64,000 nt of DNA from Chrysemys picta bellii (Eukaryota). The stretch spans positions 20,212,001 through 20,276,000 of the forward strand of contig NC_088802.1 of NCBI RefSeq assembly GCF_011386835.1. Reading direction: 5' to 3'. Numbering within the stretch: the stretch's first letter is position 1; the number at the start of each line of letters is the position of its first letter. The position numbers and the translations under genes were made by a program. A model generated the notes under the pieces. The model made no database searches, was not told the origin of the DNA, and was given only the letters and a program-made list of their open reading frames with translations. Positions 62,817 through 64,000 of this stretch are shown here, piece after piece.

Positions 62817-64000
62817 AACCCTCAAGACCTAGAAATACTGGTTTGGGCATAGGCTGACAACCCAGTCAAATGTAGAGAACCCAAACAAATTGATAAATAT
62901 TACAAATGCCATAAAGAGGTCCTCAGAAGAGCTTAGCTGTATGACAGGCTCCTTCACTGACATTGTGTGTGTATGGAAGTGGGTAACCCCAGGTTGATAT
63001 CATGCAACTGTCCAAACAATTCAAGGAAACCAGAGATAATGTTCAACCAAAGCGTGAAAGGACTCGTAGTGCAAACCAAGAAGTGATCTAAGACTCAATA
63101 TGACAAAACCGGAAGAGAGAGCATGGAGGACATGAATGCTCCAAGACTTGAAGAAGAGAAATGACAACACCGAGAAAGAAATGACAGACTCACTGTGCAA
63201 CTGAGACCTCAATAACAAAGTGGAATTATTTACGCAAATGGAGACTGAAAGCCTGAAAGGGAGATTAGTCATGTTTACCCACATGCAAACATTTTGGTAG
63301 AAGCAATGACATGGGATCAACAGAAGTGTGGCACACTGCCGGGGTGATCAAGAGGAATCAAGGGGATAAGTAAAAATTTGACATCCAAACAAGACAGCTG
63401 TTAGTGATGCAACAAGTATTGAATAGCAATCAAGAAACGGACAGGATGTCCAAAAGTGTAATAGAGGGAAAAGTCTTCTATCTGTGGAGGAAGACGTTGA
63501 TAATTAAGAATGCAGTATCAAAACATATTAAAAGTTAGACAAAGAAAGAGGTCATCTGGTAGTGATAAACAGGAATGATCGAGAGTGCATCCCAGCCCAA
63601 GACATCATGACAGATAGTAGATAGGAAATCCCCACATAAAGATTCCAAAGTTTTACACAGAAATGAGTGCATGGACAGTGGTGGAGAGAAATGAAACTTA
63701 TTAGGGATAGAAGATGAATAAACTCATGGCTTTGAGAAGGATATTGGAAAAGAGAGACAGAGAGCCTCAATGTTCTTAAGGGTTATCTACACCGAAGAAA
63801 GATCAACCAACAAAACTGCTCCCTGAACTGCGTAATGTGTTCTGAAAAGGAAGAGGCTGTGGAATGCCTGCTGAGCCTGGCTAGGAGAGAACAGACACAT
63901 GAGGCCGCCAAGTCCCCACACTGGAGTCCCTGTGGAAGTACGGATTATATGAATTGTGTGTTAAAACAACCACCAAATCAAAAGCGCTCTAGAGAATGAA
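62817..64000 (+). mobile_element. R4/Dong-clade element, RT deleted (paralog of 19983-21985), runs off the window
   Basis: Colinear with 19983-21180 and preceded by a TAA/A-rich tract at ~62778-62816. Confidence 0.72.

Noticed and set aside
1-64000. CRISPR array, rRNA or prokaryotic system
   Set aside because: The DNA is eukaryotic. Recurrent motifs are kilobases apart and are explained by segmental duplication and transposons.

Overview
Vertebrate genomic DNA, almost certainly turtle (Cry/tortoise Pol III SINE, turtle-type CR1 and Penelope termini). The window is part of a tandem class II olfactory receptor (OR) cluster, all on the minus strand: four intact single-coding-exon ORs (1691-2629, 18159-19091, 31718-32650, 61028-61966) and one multiply disrupted OR pseudogene (46106-49046). 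Each gene sits in a paralogous unit with a predicted 5' non-coding exon, conserved splice sites and a promoter block with O/E (EBF)-type sites. The intergenic DNA is a mosaic of transposons: CR1, RTE, a Penelope element carrying two nested solo LTRs, several short Penelope-terminus insertions with hammerhead ribozyme motifs, R4/Dong-like elements, a 1.9-kb two-LTR mini retroelement, hAT/Harbinger/Tc1 MITEs and solo LTRs. Shared insertions suggest a multi-gene segmental duplication, two complementary deletions of an intervening OR, and gene conversion between coding regions. No wholly new biological system is demonstrated. All alignments were done by eye and boundaries without a TSD are approximate.
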